Position numbers and translations under genes: made by a program. A stretch of DNA of 64,000 nt from Podarcis pityusensis (Eukaryota), in NCBI GenBank assembly GCA_964106645.2, contig OZ067043.1; one strand, given 5' to 3'. The notes beneath the pieces were generated by a model, which made no database searches, was not told the DNA's origin, and saw only the letters and a program-made list of their open reading frames with translations. Below, one piece after another: positions 49,823-63,085 of this stretch; the first letter of the stretch is position 1; each line of letters opens with the position of its first letter.

Positions 49823-52800
49823 CTCTAATGTTTTCCTACTGAAACATTTCCCCAATGATTAACTCTTCAATCCTATGGTCTCTGGGAGGGCATCCCAGAG
49901 CAACAGGACATTTAGGATCTCCCAGTGGCAAGAACAGTCTACTCTTGTAGAGAGGGATCCAACTTCATTAAACTCTCCTTGCCACTGCAGAAACCTCTGT
50001 GGCCCTCACCTCGCTGATGTCAGAGCTCTGATACTGGTACAACTTGTGAGAGGGCAGATTAGGGGTGTTCCAGGGTGCACTGGGGAAAGTCATAGATCCA
50101 AACATCCACAGCCTTCTGTTTCCCAATGTGCTCCTATAATGAGGGGAAATATGCAAGCCCTGGAGCTGCTTGATGAATTTTTCCTTCCCAATTGGGTGTG
50201 GCCCCATAATAACTCTCTGAGTTCAGAGGTGCAGTCTGAGGGTCACAAAGCAACATAAATTAACCATAATTAACTAACTAATGCAGAAGCCGGAATATGT
50301 CTTTGATATGCAATGAATGAGAAGAGAACCTATTTTTGTCTATTACTCAAAGTAATTGCTTATAGAGCAGAATCTGAGCAAACATTTGTGGCTTTAGACT
50401 CATTTTTTTAAGAAAACGGTAAATCACTATCTGTGCTATGGCCATGGCACCTTATTGCTGAGTTATTAACACTGAACAATCCAAATCAACAGTAATCATA
50501 ATAATAACATATCTATTTCCCGCTGCCTGAATGAATATAAATGCTTTTGTCTTCCAGAAATTGCACATCATGCGAAGCCATTTCCTGTCCTTATTCATTC
50601 TTATAATTGAATAGAACATTTTACTAAGTGTGGCCTGCTGAAGAATGGGAATGTACTTTTAGCATTCTCTTAACACTCAATTAGTGGCCACTGTTGATTA
50701 AAAGAAATCACTTTAATTGTCTGCCAGGACTCAGTTAATTTGTTCTAACAGCAAAAGTACTGATCTTATTCTCAATGAAGTCAAATCGCAGCTTGGCCAC
50801 CATTTTTATTTTAGAACAGTATTAAAGTCTTAGCCAGGCATTTGGGTGAATGTGTGTAACCTTAAAATAGGAAATGTGCACACACAAACTCAGTCTCTGA
50901 GATCTCCTCATATGTCCACCCCACACTGCCAGAGTTCCTGATCATGAGAGGACTTCTAACTGTATCTAGCTGGATATGATTAGAAACTCCCTTCGGATCT
51001 TTGTGCTCAACAGACTGTGTGGAAGCAGAGCCAGTACCTATGAGATATAAGGGGCCGAACTTGCATGAACTTCCATCTCCTCCCTGCTTTAAGCCCAAAC
51101 ATGTTCACCCAGATTCCTCAACATGTCTATGGAACTGAAACAGTCCTACATATAAAAATACTCGAAAGGAAAATCTAAAAAAAATGCAGTACTCAAGAGA
51201 GCTACAATGGCAAATGGCACACCTTCTGCCAGGTTTAGCAAACTGAAAGGGTGTGTTGGTGTATTTTTCATTTTAATACACATCAACCTGCATATGGTAT
51301 TTTAGAATTTATAAACTTTTCCCTACCTGATTTGGAGTAAAGCTTGATTGAATTGGATGAGAAGGAAGTTGAAATGAAACTTAAGTTATGGAAGTTGGGG
51401 GAAAAGACATGCTGGTTTCTAAATGCTGGTTTCACAATGTATTTTCTCTCTTGCTTAGAATAAACAGATGTTATATATCCTAATGGAGTTCAAAGGCAGT
51501 GCTTCTGTCTGTAGTTAAAACTCTAGACCAGATGCTTATTATTTCATATTATGTGACATTCCCAGATGGATTAAATTCTGACATTGAACAGATTGCAATC
51601 TTACAGCCTAGAAAGACAAACTTATTGTGCAATTGTTGCTCATTTGTTGGATCTGGACATCTTTCCCAAGGAAACAGAAAATGTTCACATTTCTCCAAAA
51701 GGAAACCATCATATTTTGTTACTGGGAAGATACACTTCCCTCCACCAGCCCCTGGTACATTGATTGTGGAGTGACAGTGATGTTTCTGGGTCGTGTCGTA
51801 TCACCTCTCCCATGTGCAGAGTGGTAGACAAAGCTACTTTTCCCCATACCAATGTTGCACTAATTCAGCTCTCCAGCTTTACAGAATGCATCCCCATCCT
51901 GTTTGTTCAATTACATTGAATTTAATGATCTTTACTCCAAAGAGTGTGTTTATAGGATTGCAGCAGTAGGATGATCTGTGTCTCCAACGAAGAAAATACA
52001 CAAGTAAATTATCTCTCACTGAGTAAGCCCTTTGCCCTGGTAAAACTGAAACATAGCACTGCATATTCGAAAATGAGATTATTGTTCAGGACTGTTCTAC
52101 TTTATTATTTCAATTCCAGAGTACAATAAGAGAAAGTTGATTCCCTACTAACAGAGGTATGATAAACAAAATTGGTGGAAATCTCCAGGATGGCCTGCCT
52201 GGACTCAAATCAGTTTGTTTGCTTTTTAAAAAATGATGTCTAACAATTGCAGTGTGATCTATTAATGCAGAACATCTTTAATACTGCATGCTTTACATGT
52301 TCTGAAACTGCAAATGATTAGCATTGGACAAGGTGATAAATAACTTTCTGGCTTGTTTTTGTAGTTTACAAACTTCTTTATGGGGTGCCAGATACTGTTT
52401 TCTAGCTAACTGCTGCCTTCCTTGGCTATTTTATTGAATGCAATATGTTTGTTTTAATGCACATTTTTACAGAATGCCTTTGATCCCCCTGAGCATTCCA
52501 GATTTTCATCTGGAAATGACTCTACCTGTATTTTATCTTATGGCAGTTTTGGTAGAAAGTCTTAATACAAATATTGATTATGCCTTTTCATTATGTCTTA
52601 TTATGTGTTTTATGCTTCACTGCATGCCAGGCAACTTTGGGATGATCTGTTAGCTATGCCTAATACAGTATGCTATCGTCTAGTTTGTTTAAAATGTTTT
52701 TATACGAATGAGAGTTGTGCAGGGTTGTGGAATGCTTTTAGTTTAGTTTTATTGCAATAAGACGTTTCAGTTCTATGTTTCATTTGTATGTAAGACCCCT

Positions 52801-53361
52801 TTAAAGGTCTTAGCCTGAAAATGTGTCATAGGAAATGAGATCAATAAATACCTATGGGCTCTTAAGTACTACAGTCTTGAACGCATCCTACTTTGGGTTA
52901 TTTTCAGATGTTAACCAAACTTAAAACAGTTTGTTCTTGCACTGTGGGGTCAGGCAGTGGGGTTAACTTGTTTAGTATTGAGGGCCTGAAATTCACAAGC
53001 CAAGAAACCAGAGCTTATTTTTTAATTTAGGCTGCATTCCTAATCACACTTAACCTGGGAGCAAACTCCACTGAATTTAATGGTACTTCAACATGCATGC
53101 ATAGGATCATGCTGCTTTCATGCCATCAGCATGACTTGTGTGTGGCCCGTTTCCAGCGGAAGTTTAAGAACCAAGTTGTGAAGTCCGGCAAAGAGTCGGA
53201 TAGAATGGTCAGGTTATATGGGCCATCAATAGTCATTCAGAAGAGGCGAGTGGCAGCTCACCATGATTCAAGAAAGATGAGGCAAGGCAAGGGAAGGCAA
53301 AGCAAGAGTAAAAAAAAAAAAAGTTATAGGGGGATATGGTGCAGAACAGCATGGAATAGAG

Positions 53362-53617
53362 CAGAGGTCGGCAACCTAAGGCCCATGGGCCGGAAGCAGC
53401 CCATGAGCTGCCCCTGAACCAAGCTGCCCACTCAGCAAGTCCCCACGCACTGCTCTACACCAGCACAGCACAGCACAGCGTGGCGCAGGGACTCTCTTCT
53501 GTGGCTCCAGAAATCACTTCTGTGCATGCCTAGATGCCGAAAATTGTGTCTGCGCATGCTCAGAAATCGCTTCTGCGCATGCCCAGACGCTGAAAATCGC
53601 CTCTGCACAGGCACAGT
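53362..53617. mobile_element. Truncated hAT (Charlie-like) element with internal AAATCGCTTCTGCGCATGC repeats
   Basis: CAGAGGTCGGCAACCT..GGCCC left end; no right end found. Confidence 0.65.
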
Positions 53618-54507
53618 TATACTATACATTTGTATACCAGAAAGAGATGTGGAGTGGTGGCAAGTGCATTCATTTTGCACCTAGTCCTGCCCCAGTACAA
53701 GATGCGTCTTGTGTTTGGAAGGGCAATGTCTGTAAATTCTTCGTTTGACCAAACTCCAGTTGGTGGCACCACATGCTCAACCTTAGTCTGAAAAGCCCAG
53801 AGGCTTCAGTCTAAAATCAGTTATATGTTATGAGTCCTGAAGGTTTTTGTCTTTAATTATGCATAAAATTCAAGCTATTATTTATGTTTATATTGTTAGA
53901 GAGCTGCAGGAGGGCTCTATGATTCAGACAGCTGCCATTCTCAATTAAAACCATCACAATTCCGTTCCTTATAAAACTGAGATCATTCTTCTCAGTATGT
54001 AATTTGGAGGGTCTCTTGGGTGATGGCTACAAGCTGTCCACAGTTCACAGAAACTGGATGAAAATGGCTGAATTTAAAAACTGAAAGCAGAAGAGGGTTT
54101 TTTTAATGCTTTAGGTGTTTCTAGATATTTTTGTTGTTATTGTTGACTGAGAAAACACATGCTTTCCATCCAGATACACAATGTTTCAAAAACATCAAAT
54201 CTGCTGTCTTTCATTTACTTTCTGAGAACACTTATGACATAATTATTTTTTTCAGTTCCCACATTGTTCGATGAGAGAGATGGACCTATGCACTCATATG
54301 TGGCACTTATATAAGGAACAAGCATCCATAGCTGAAGCTGCCACTCTCTCAAGAGTTCCCTGGGAAGAGGGACTGATTGTTAAACTCACTTGGAACTGTA
54401 GCTCTATGAGGGGAAGAGGGGTCTCCTAACAATTCTCTCAGCATCCTTAACAGGGCCGGCCCAAGACATTTTGGCACCCGAGGAGAACCACAAAATGGCA
54501 CCCTCCC

Positions 54508-54545
<38 letters not shown>

Positions 54546-55630
54546 GCTGGAAAAGCATTTTAGTGCCACTTAAATAATTGCTTTTAAAAAAGAAATAATC
54601 AGGTTGACAAAATAGCACTCACTGCAAAAATTGTTGAGCTTCAAATAATTGGTGTAGGTGAAACATAACAGGATGGACCCTTGTAACTTAGTTGGAAGAC
54701 CAATGATTTATAACCACAAGGCAGCAAGCAATCTGGAAACAGCAGCAGCCTGAATGACTTTGTAACAGCCTCTAACTCTTATCTTGAACCCTTTGATTAA
54801 TGAGTGTTACAGTTGTACTTAAACAGTGCTAACCATGACTAGAGTGTGGTTTGGCCAAGGTCCTTGCTCCAAATGGATTTTATGCCCTATCCAGCTTTTG
54901 TGACCCATCCAAGAAAACACTCTAGAAACTTAACACAAAAAAGTCACGAGCAAAGTCAAACTGAGCTTCAAGTTTTATTTGCACAAATGACATTAGATAA
55001 TAATTATTTCTCATGAAATCTTTTTCTGAACTGTTTGATGAGGCAGCATAAATACTTTTAGATGATTTTGATTATTATTCTAATAAAAATAACTTATTAA
55101 TGGAACAGCCATTACTCCGAAGTTACTGAGCAATATATATATGGAAAATATAAAATAAGAACCCATATATAACCTAATAAACCAGGAAAAAAATGATAAA
55201 GAGGCCAGAGGATATGGTAAGCCACAACATTTGAGGAGGGGTGCATTCCTGACTATGGTGACACAGATACTCACCAGAAGTGGGAGGGCACCTGCCCTGC
55301 CCTCTCCGCTTCTGAGCCCAGCAAGAAATATTTCTTTAGCTAACTAAAATCAGCTACCCAAAGAGGAATGAGGGATGGATAATCAGCTCTGAGGTGCAAA
55401 GTTAAGTTTCCTAGCAAGTTTTGGGGTATCGCAGTGAGTTGAGGTTGGAACCAGGAAAAATTCTAGAACATATTAAGCAAAGCATCTTACATTTGGGTAT
55501 AAGGAATCAAAGGCACAAGTGTAGGATAGGAAAAGTCCTGGATGGGCAGCAGTATTTCTTTCCTAAATGAACTAGTTTAGCTCAAATTTCTAGGAACCAT
55601 TCCCTCCCTCTTCCCTATAAATGAAAGATA

Positions 55631-55860
55631 CAGTGGTACCTTGGGTTACATACGCTTCAGGTTACATACGGTTCAGGTTACAGACTCCGTTAACCCAGAA
55701 ATAGTACCTCGGGTTAAGAACTTTGCTTCAGGATGAGAACAGAAATCGTGCTGCGGCAGCAGGAGGCCCCATTAGCTAAAGTGGTGCTTCAGGTTAAGAA
55801 CGGTTTCAGGTTAAGAACAGACCTCCAGAAAGAATTAAGTTCTTAACCCGAGTACCACTG
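55631..55860 (-). mobile_element. Tigger-like MITE, inverted relative to the other four copies
   Basis: TA TSD, TIRs, reverse-complement interior. Confidence 0.93.
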
Positions 55861-57429
55861 TATCTGTCTGTCTGTCTGTCTGTCTATCATCTGTATCATT
55901 TAATAATTCTGATCCTAAATCTCTGCTGCCTTGTGGGATGTTTTTGGGAGAAGAGAAGGCTTAGGAGCAAGCCCTACACAAATCTGGAGTGGACTCGCTA
56001 AGATGTTTGGATGGTGCCTTGTACTCTTCCTTCTGGTAACTCCTGCAGCCAAGCTGCTGCCAAATTCCTGCTCTGCTTTTCTTTGGGCCACATCAGCGAG
56101 GCCGACAGTGGCGCAGGGTGTGTGTGTCTTGTTGTTTGGGCAGCCTAGGGCCTCCATACATACTGCCCAGGCTTGTGCCCTAGGAAGGTCACTTTGTGCT
56201 GCTAATGCAGCAGTTTGACTTCACCCCCGGAGGCACACTCCATTGTCCCTCAAGACAGATAGATGTCAACAATAGCATATTCAACTTCCAGTCAGGTAAA
56301 CTAAGCAGATAGGAAATATGGTTATGATACAAATATTATCTTTGCTCCTTTTTCCTCTACACATGTACCTTTCATGTGGAAAATCTGTAGAGGAGTCCAG
56401 AGGTTCCCACGAACAAAATGTAAGCAAACCAACAGATCTGAAACAAGTCAGTAAAGCAGGTGTGCATTAATGAATATTACATAACTAGACTGTTTGAACA
56501 TGCTTGGCAAGATTATTATCCCACAGATGTGTTGCCAATCAATCTTATTTCTCAGTATAATGAAAATCTGACAGCTGAGTTGCGTTCTGTGACATCTTCA
56601 CCTTGCCTTAGGACAGGGTTAGCCAATGTGGAGCTTTCCATGCATTATGGACTACAAATCCCATCATCCATTCCTTGACCCAACACAGTATTTCAGACTG
56701 TTAATTTCACAGGGCTACTCCATCCCAGGCTTTATATTGAGCTGGTGGGGTGTAGGGCTCACTGGGAGAAAGAATCAAGGGTATCTTATGCATGCAAGCA
56801 ATCCTGTTCTGCAGCCTGCTGGAGATCTTAAGCAATAAACATCTCATAGCCAATCCACATATTTCACAGTAACAAACCCAGGTTCAGCACCAGGCTCAAC
56901 ACCCTGAGCTGATTCTCAGGTTCCAAAAAGTGTCCCTGCGGAATAATGCATTTTCCAATACAATTTTGTTTCATTCTGTACTTTTCATCTGCACTCTTAA
57001 AAGAGCAGTTCTTATTTCTAATGCTCACGGTGTATTTGGGACGCAGTAATTAAGTGCTGTGGGAATACGCAGAGGCATTATCTTAACATTACTGTTTTAA
57101 ACCAAGCTTAATTGGTTTTTACAAATGGGAAACTGCTTTGATTCAGTGTTCATAGGGATGCAGCCGACAGCTAAACTAATAAGTCAGGAACTCACCATAC
57201 TTCTCCCCTGTTACTTCAGGATGCCACAAGCTGTATGTGTAAAACCCCAGGAGTATCAGGTTTTCTTAATACACAAAATCAAACTGAGCCAGGTAAAATG
57301 CAGATGGGAAATGTCAAGCATGCAAACATCTGCCTTATTAGAGCCATAAACTGGCTAGGGAGTGCTGTGTCTCCAACTATGTTTATCCTGTATATTTGTA
57401 AATAATTGCAGATATTAAAAAAGAAAAGA

Positions 57430-58373
57430 AAAGGTAAAGGACCCCTGACAGTTAAGTTCAGTCGTGAATGACTCTGGGGTTGCGGTGCTCATCTCGCTTT
57501 ACTGGCTGAGGGAGCCGGCGTTTGTCCGCAGACAGTCTTTCCGGGTCATGTGGCCAGCAAGACTAAGCCGCTTCTGGCGAAACCAGAGCAGCGCACGGAA
57601 ATGCCGTTTACCTTCCCGCCAGAGCGGTACCTATTTATCTACTTGCTCTTTGAAGTACTTTCAAACTGCTAGGTTGCCAGGAGCAGGGACCGAGCAACGG
57701 GAGCTCACCCCGTTGTGGGGATTCAAACTGCTGACCTTCCAATCAGCAAGCCCTAGGCTCAGTGGTTGTTGTTGTTGTTGTTTTTTTGTATAATATTTAT
57801 TAATTTTCCAACAATTTAAACACAACACTACAAAAGAAAAAACATAAAAAGAAATAAAAAAACAATGCAATACAATACAAAAACACTACAAAACACTAAC
57901 ACATAAAACTAAAAAAACAAAAACAAAACCATTTCATTATCTTATCTTTCGTTCACTTGTTTCCACGACCTCCTCACACCTCCCTTTTTGTATTCCACTT
58001 CTGTTAATTGTTTCAGCAATTCCTTTCCATCTTCCTCTGTTTTCTATCCTATAATTATCTTAACACATTCTAACCTTATTTTTCCCTTTAATACTCTATT
58101 AACCTATTTATACTTAATTCCTTATAACATTTCTACTAAAGGCATATAACTTCATTCCAACATTTTTCTAACATTCATTAATTTTACAGTATTTCTGTAA
58201 ATAATCTTTAAACTTTTTCCAGTCTTCTTCCACCGATTCTTCTCCCTGGTCTCAGATTCTGCCAGTCATTTCCGCCATTTCCATATAGTCCATCAACTTC
58301 ATCTGCCATTCTTCCTGGGTGGGTAAATCTTGTGTAGGCTCAGTGGTTTAGGCCACAGCACCACCTGCGTCCC
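57430..58373 (-). mobile_element. Sauria SINE interrupted by L1
   Basis: Body at 57430-57767 and head at 58335-58373; outer duplication ATTGCAGATATTA. Confidence 0.9.
57768..58334 (-). mobile_element. L1 3' fragment (ORF2 C-terminus, 3' UTR and tail)
   Basis: Minus strand encodes QDLPTQEEWQMKLMDYMEMAEMTGRI*DQGEESVEEDWKKFKDYLQKY; AATAAA plus A/(AAC)n tail; 14-bp TSD TAGGCTCAGTGGTT. Confidence 0.88.
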
Positions 58374-58731
58374 GCCATTGCAGATATTACAGCATGCCAA
58401 TAAGAATCCAGTGAGTGACCTCCTTGCAAAGGGAACCAAACTCCACTATTCCCTGTGCTTCTTCCTGCTTGGAAAATTGGGATGAACAATATTGTGCTTC
58501 CATATTCATAACACTTCCTTATAGCACCAGAAGAGCAACACATGTATGATAGCATATTTGGGTCATAAATTCTGTTCTTTCTGCATGGTAGGTAGCCCCG
58601 CCCCCCAAGAAGAAGACCTGATTCATGGAAAACCTACAGAGGATCATTGAGGTCACCACATTTGGCCCATTTTCAGATAAGCTAAGAAGCTGAAGCCTTG
58701 CATTGTTATTTTTGGAGAAACCTCCATCAAG

Positions 58732-58732
<1 letters not shown>

Positions 58733-58790
<58 letters not shown>
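58733..58790. repeat. Compound (TG)n(AG)n microsatellite
   Basis: Seen directly. Confidence 0.92.
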
Positions 58791-58795
<5 letters not shown>

Positions 58796-60998
58796 GCAGG
58801 GAGGTGTGGCAGGGCATAGTGTGTATTCGATAGATAGCTAGAAATTATCTATCTATATAAAAGAGAATACTATTGTAGTTTGTCATCAGCTGGATTGCCT
58901 GTTTTAGAAAATAGCAACAAACGAGTCGAAGACTTGGCAGAGCTTCTGACCAGCATAAAACAGATCTAGCAGCCAATGTGAAAGTCTAGAAGAATTAGCT
59001 TCAAACTGCTCGCTCTCATTGTGTAGTCTGCAAGCTATATCTCCAGATCAGAACTCTGGGGGGAAGAAAGGTGATGTATTTGCTGTTGGTTCAAAAACAT
59101 GTGCTGCATTATGTTCTCAATTATCCAAAATGGCATTCTTTTGGGTTTCACTGTTGGTTCCTTCACATTCGTCATGATCACACACTTTAAAGCCTACCTT
59201 TAATTACTTCAGTGATTGTTCAGACATTCTCAGCCAGTACATAAATATCTACCTTTCTGTTCTCTGCTACTGCTATGCTTGACTAAGCATCATGAGAAAA
59301 GGAACAGCACCATACCATTTAAGAATTTGTCCAACAAATGAAGAACAATTTTGTTTTGTAAATCATTTGCAGACTAAATTTTAGCTGGTTTGTCTTCTGC
59401 AGGAAATTGAGCATATACAAAGGTTAACCTATTGCTAGTACATAATTTACAATCCACTTTCTCCCGCTCAAGTGCCACTGGAAAGAATGGGAGCTGTGCA
59501 CCGATCTTCTCGACTGATTGTCTAGTCTGCTCCTTTGATTACTTGCATTTTAAAAGCTGTAATGTTTTCACATTTTGGACATTTCTAAAGGTTAAAATCT
59601 CGTTTGCATTCCTTTGTTGTGGCCACCCTGCTTTTTTCTGTACAACTCTTCACAGATACAGTATACTGATGCAAATACTGATGGAAATATGTATTTGCAT
59701 AAACAGCTGCTGATTAAATTGCTCAGGCATTTTAAATATGGCTTAAAATATATTTCAAGATGGGTACTAGAGCTATTTATACAATAACTAATTCGGCTAA
59801 TTCATGATTGAATTAATATATATTTACATAGCTATACAGAAACAGCAAGCTTCAGTTAAAAAAGGAGGGGAATCTGAGGATGATAGTAGTAAAAATTCAG
59901 TCTGGAAAGTGTTTTAAATGTTTAGGAATCCTTCATCATTTGAAACTGTTAAGTTTTGGGCGAACATATCAGATGACACAGCGATTCTTCCAAAGCAGCT
60001 CTTTATTTGTAAGCTGGAACAGAACTAACTGAGGAGCTCAGTCAGCCTGCTTATATAGAGCTCCAGAACAATTGTAACTGTTGCAACTTTCTAAAACTAT
60101 CCAATCACAGAACGTTACTTTTGATCCTTCATTTGCATAACTATCTACAGTACCCCCCTGTTGGCCCAGGGTGAGAACATCAGTACATAACAGATACAGA
60201 TTTAGAATGTCTTACAAGGACAGTTATTTTTATTCTTAAAACCAAGAAATTGGAAAATTGGTGCCTATTCAAGTAATGTGGTGCACTAGCAGAATGGTTT
60301 TCACTAGCACAACACTTTCCCCCTCCTCCCTGATGCCTCCCCATTTCAAAGGTTGGAGGACCCCCCCAGAACAGTGGGCAGAGGGAGGGGAAGGGGGATG
60401 ATTTCACCAGGCAAGCAGAAATATTTGCACTGATGGAATGATCATAAAGATACAATGTTGAATTCCTCCCATTGTATTAGCAGCTAATCTTTTGGAGTTT
60501 GCATCAGGGTTTCTTAGCACTACCAAGACATAGGATATGTGGATTCTGTCATTTTCTTTTAGATATTTATACCCTGCTTTTCAAAACACTTTTTTTTTCA
60601 GGGAAGCTTTGCAAGGAAGATAAAAATGCTACAAAACACTAAGCCCAAACACTAAAATATTATAATAAAAAAGCAACAATACAATCTCTGTGGATAGCAG
60701 AGCAGCATAAAAGCTATTCACTAGAGAATGCCATGGAACATGAAGTTGAACAAGTCATTCCGACACAAACAATGCCATAAATGTGGCTAAATCAGAATAT
60801 GCAGAAGTCTAGAAAAGGAAAGGGGTTCCTTTTCTCTCTTCTGAATTTACTGATATGGTGAAAGAGAGGTAGACATGTACGCATGGCTCAAACTGCACTT
60901 TTTGTGAGGGTGGCTGGGTAAAGTAACATCCTCCTGACTGAATAAGGGTCTTGAAGAAATAGCACACCCAGGGAGTCAGCAAACAGTGCATGAATCAG

Positions 60999-61138
60999 CA
61001 GTGCTATTTATCTAGAAAAAGAGATATCAGAACTCACCATGAACACCTTCCTCTTTCTCTTAGAATGGCAATGGCCCCTACCTGAGAGGTCCTGTAACTG
61101 AGTTCTAGTGAGTTCCCTCTGGGGGGAAAACCACCCTG
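60999..61138. mobile_element. hAT MITE
   Basis: CAGTGCT...CACCCTG ends; flanks tgaatcag / tgaattgg. Confidence 0.6.
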
Positions 61139-61139
61139 T

Positions 61140-61950
61140 GAATTGGGATTCAAGATGATCTTAATAGATTGGAGAACAGAGCCAAAACTAACACAATGAA
61201 TTTCAACGGGGGCAAATGCAGTGTTCTACACTTAGGCAGGAAGAACCAGCTGCACAAATATAAGATGGGGGGGGCACTTGGATTGCCAGTAGTACCTGTG
61301 AAAAGGATCAAGGGGCCTTAGTAGACCACAAGCTTAACATGAGACAACGCAGGAGCAAAAAAGTTAATGCCATTCTAGGCTGTATCAACAAAAGTATAAT
61401 GTCCTGATCAAGAGAACTCATAGTATCACTCTATTCTGCCTTGGTCAGACCACACCTGGAGTACTGTGTCCAGTTCTAGGTGCCACAATTTAAGAAGGAT
61501 CTTGACAAACTGGAAGGTGTGTAGAAGAGGGCAACCAAGGTGATCAAGGATCTGGAAACCAAGGAATGGTTAAGCAAATTGGGTATTTTATCCTGGTAAA
61601 GAGGAAACTGAGAGGAGATATGATAGCCATCTTCAAATATCTGAAGGGCTGTCACATGGACGATGGAGCAAGCTTGTTTTCTTCTGCTCCAGAGGCTTGG
61701 ACCAATGGATTCAAGTTACAAGAAAGAAGATGCTGACTAAACATCAGGAGGAACTTTATGACAGCAAAAGCTGTTTGACAGTGGAACAGACTTGCATGAG
61801 AGGTGGTGGACTCTCCTTCCTTGGAGGGTTTTAAGCACAGGTTGGATGGCCATCTGTCATGTATGATCTACTTAAGATTCCTGCATTGCAGTGGGTTGGA
61901 TTAGATAACATTTGGGATCCCTTCCAACTCTAGAATTCTATGATTCAATG
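61140..61950 (+). mobile_element. 5'-truncated CR1 LINE
   Basis: IQDDLNRL, KCxVLHLG and LYSALVRPHLEYCVQF motifs; terminal CCCTTCCAACTCTAGAATTCTATGATTC. Confidence 0.93.
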
Positions 61951-62929
61951 AGACCTGATTTTCTGGATAGACCTGGGAAATTCACCTTCCTAAATGGGTT
62001 GTTGTGAAGGCAAATGAGATAATACAATTCTGTTATTCAACCAGATTGTTAATAGGCCTGGTCCAGATAGAGTGGCTTCAGTTCTGATTCTTGTAGAGGT
62101 GAACAAGGAGGATCTATTCATCTGTTGCCCACCATTATTAAGCAGAGAGCAAGTAGCTAGAATCAGCCTGGCTGTGTGTTTCAGATAAAGTTATGCTGCA
62201 TCTGTGCAGAAACATCCAGTAGCTTGCACTGTCTGATGATATCACTAGATCTGAATTGAACCCTTACTATAAGCTGTGACAGGATAACGGCCGTGCATTT
62301 ATCTCATTTATTTTCACCACGGGCCTGCAATTCAAGTCATTATTATAATGTGTCACATGGTCTATAGCTGCCCCACTGCCTTGATTGCCACAAGCAGTAG
62401 CAGTGATGGGTACAGACTTCTTCTTGGTCCTGAGCAGTGACAGCACTAAGAACAGAACACACACTATACTGAACAAGGCTATGAATTGGACATATTCATC
62501 CTTATATATGACACTAATCTAGCGTCCCTCAGTTCTGCTTACTGTTTAGCCTTCAGAGCAGTTTTACAAAATTGAGAAGCTGTATATACAGCATACATTT
62601 AAAGCACATTTAAAGCAATCTCCCCTCACCAAATCATCATCATCATCATTAATATCATCATCTGTGAGGGGTAAACTACAATTTCCAGGATTCTTTGGGA
62701 AGAATAGTGTGCTTTAAATATAGTATGTATAGTGTGAACGCAGCCTAAGTGGGAAAGAGCTAGTAAAAAAACTTTTGGCTACACTAAAGGGAGATATGTC
62801 ATCGTATCCAAAACAAATGCAGCCTTGGCTTCAGAAGAAACTAGCAGAAAATTCTGTGAGAAAGCTTGGTGAGTGCAAACATAGGGACTATATCCGAAAG
62901 GTGGGAAAGTGATTGTCCAGGAAATTGCA

Positions 62930-63085
62930 GGATGATGTTGAAATAATTTTGACCATAGGAAGTTATTATAGCAACTCATAGAACAACTGATTTGCAAGTG
63001 TCTAGAAGAAAATGAGTTGCGCCAACATGGATTTGTAAAGCTCAGATCATGTCAAAACAACCTCATTTCCTTCTCTGGCAAGGTA
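62930..63085 (+). mobile_element. CR1 RT fragment (a smaller one at ~55470-55555)
   Basis: QHGFVKLRSCQNNLISF motif. Confidence 0.7.

Noticed and set aside
49875-50258. 127-aa ORF, possible exon or retroelement relic (also 26863-27169)
   Set aside because: No motif I can recognise and no convincing splice structure; left unannotated.
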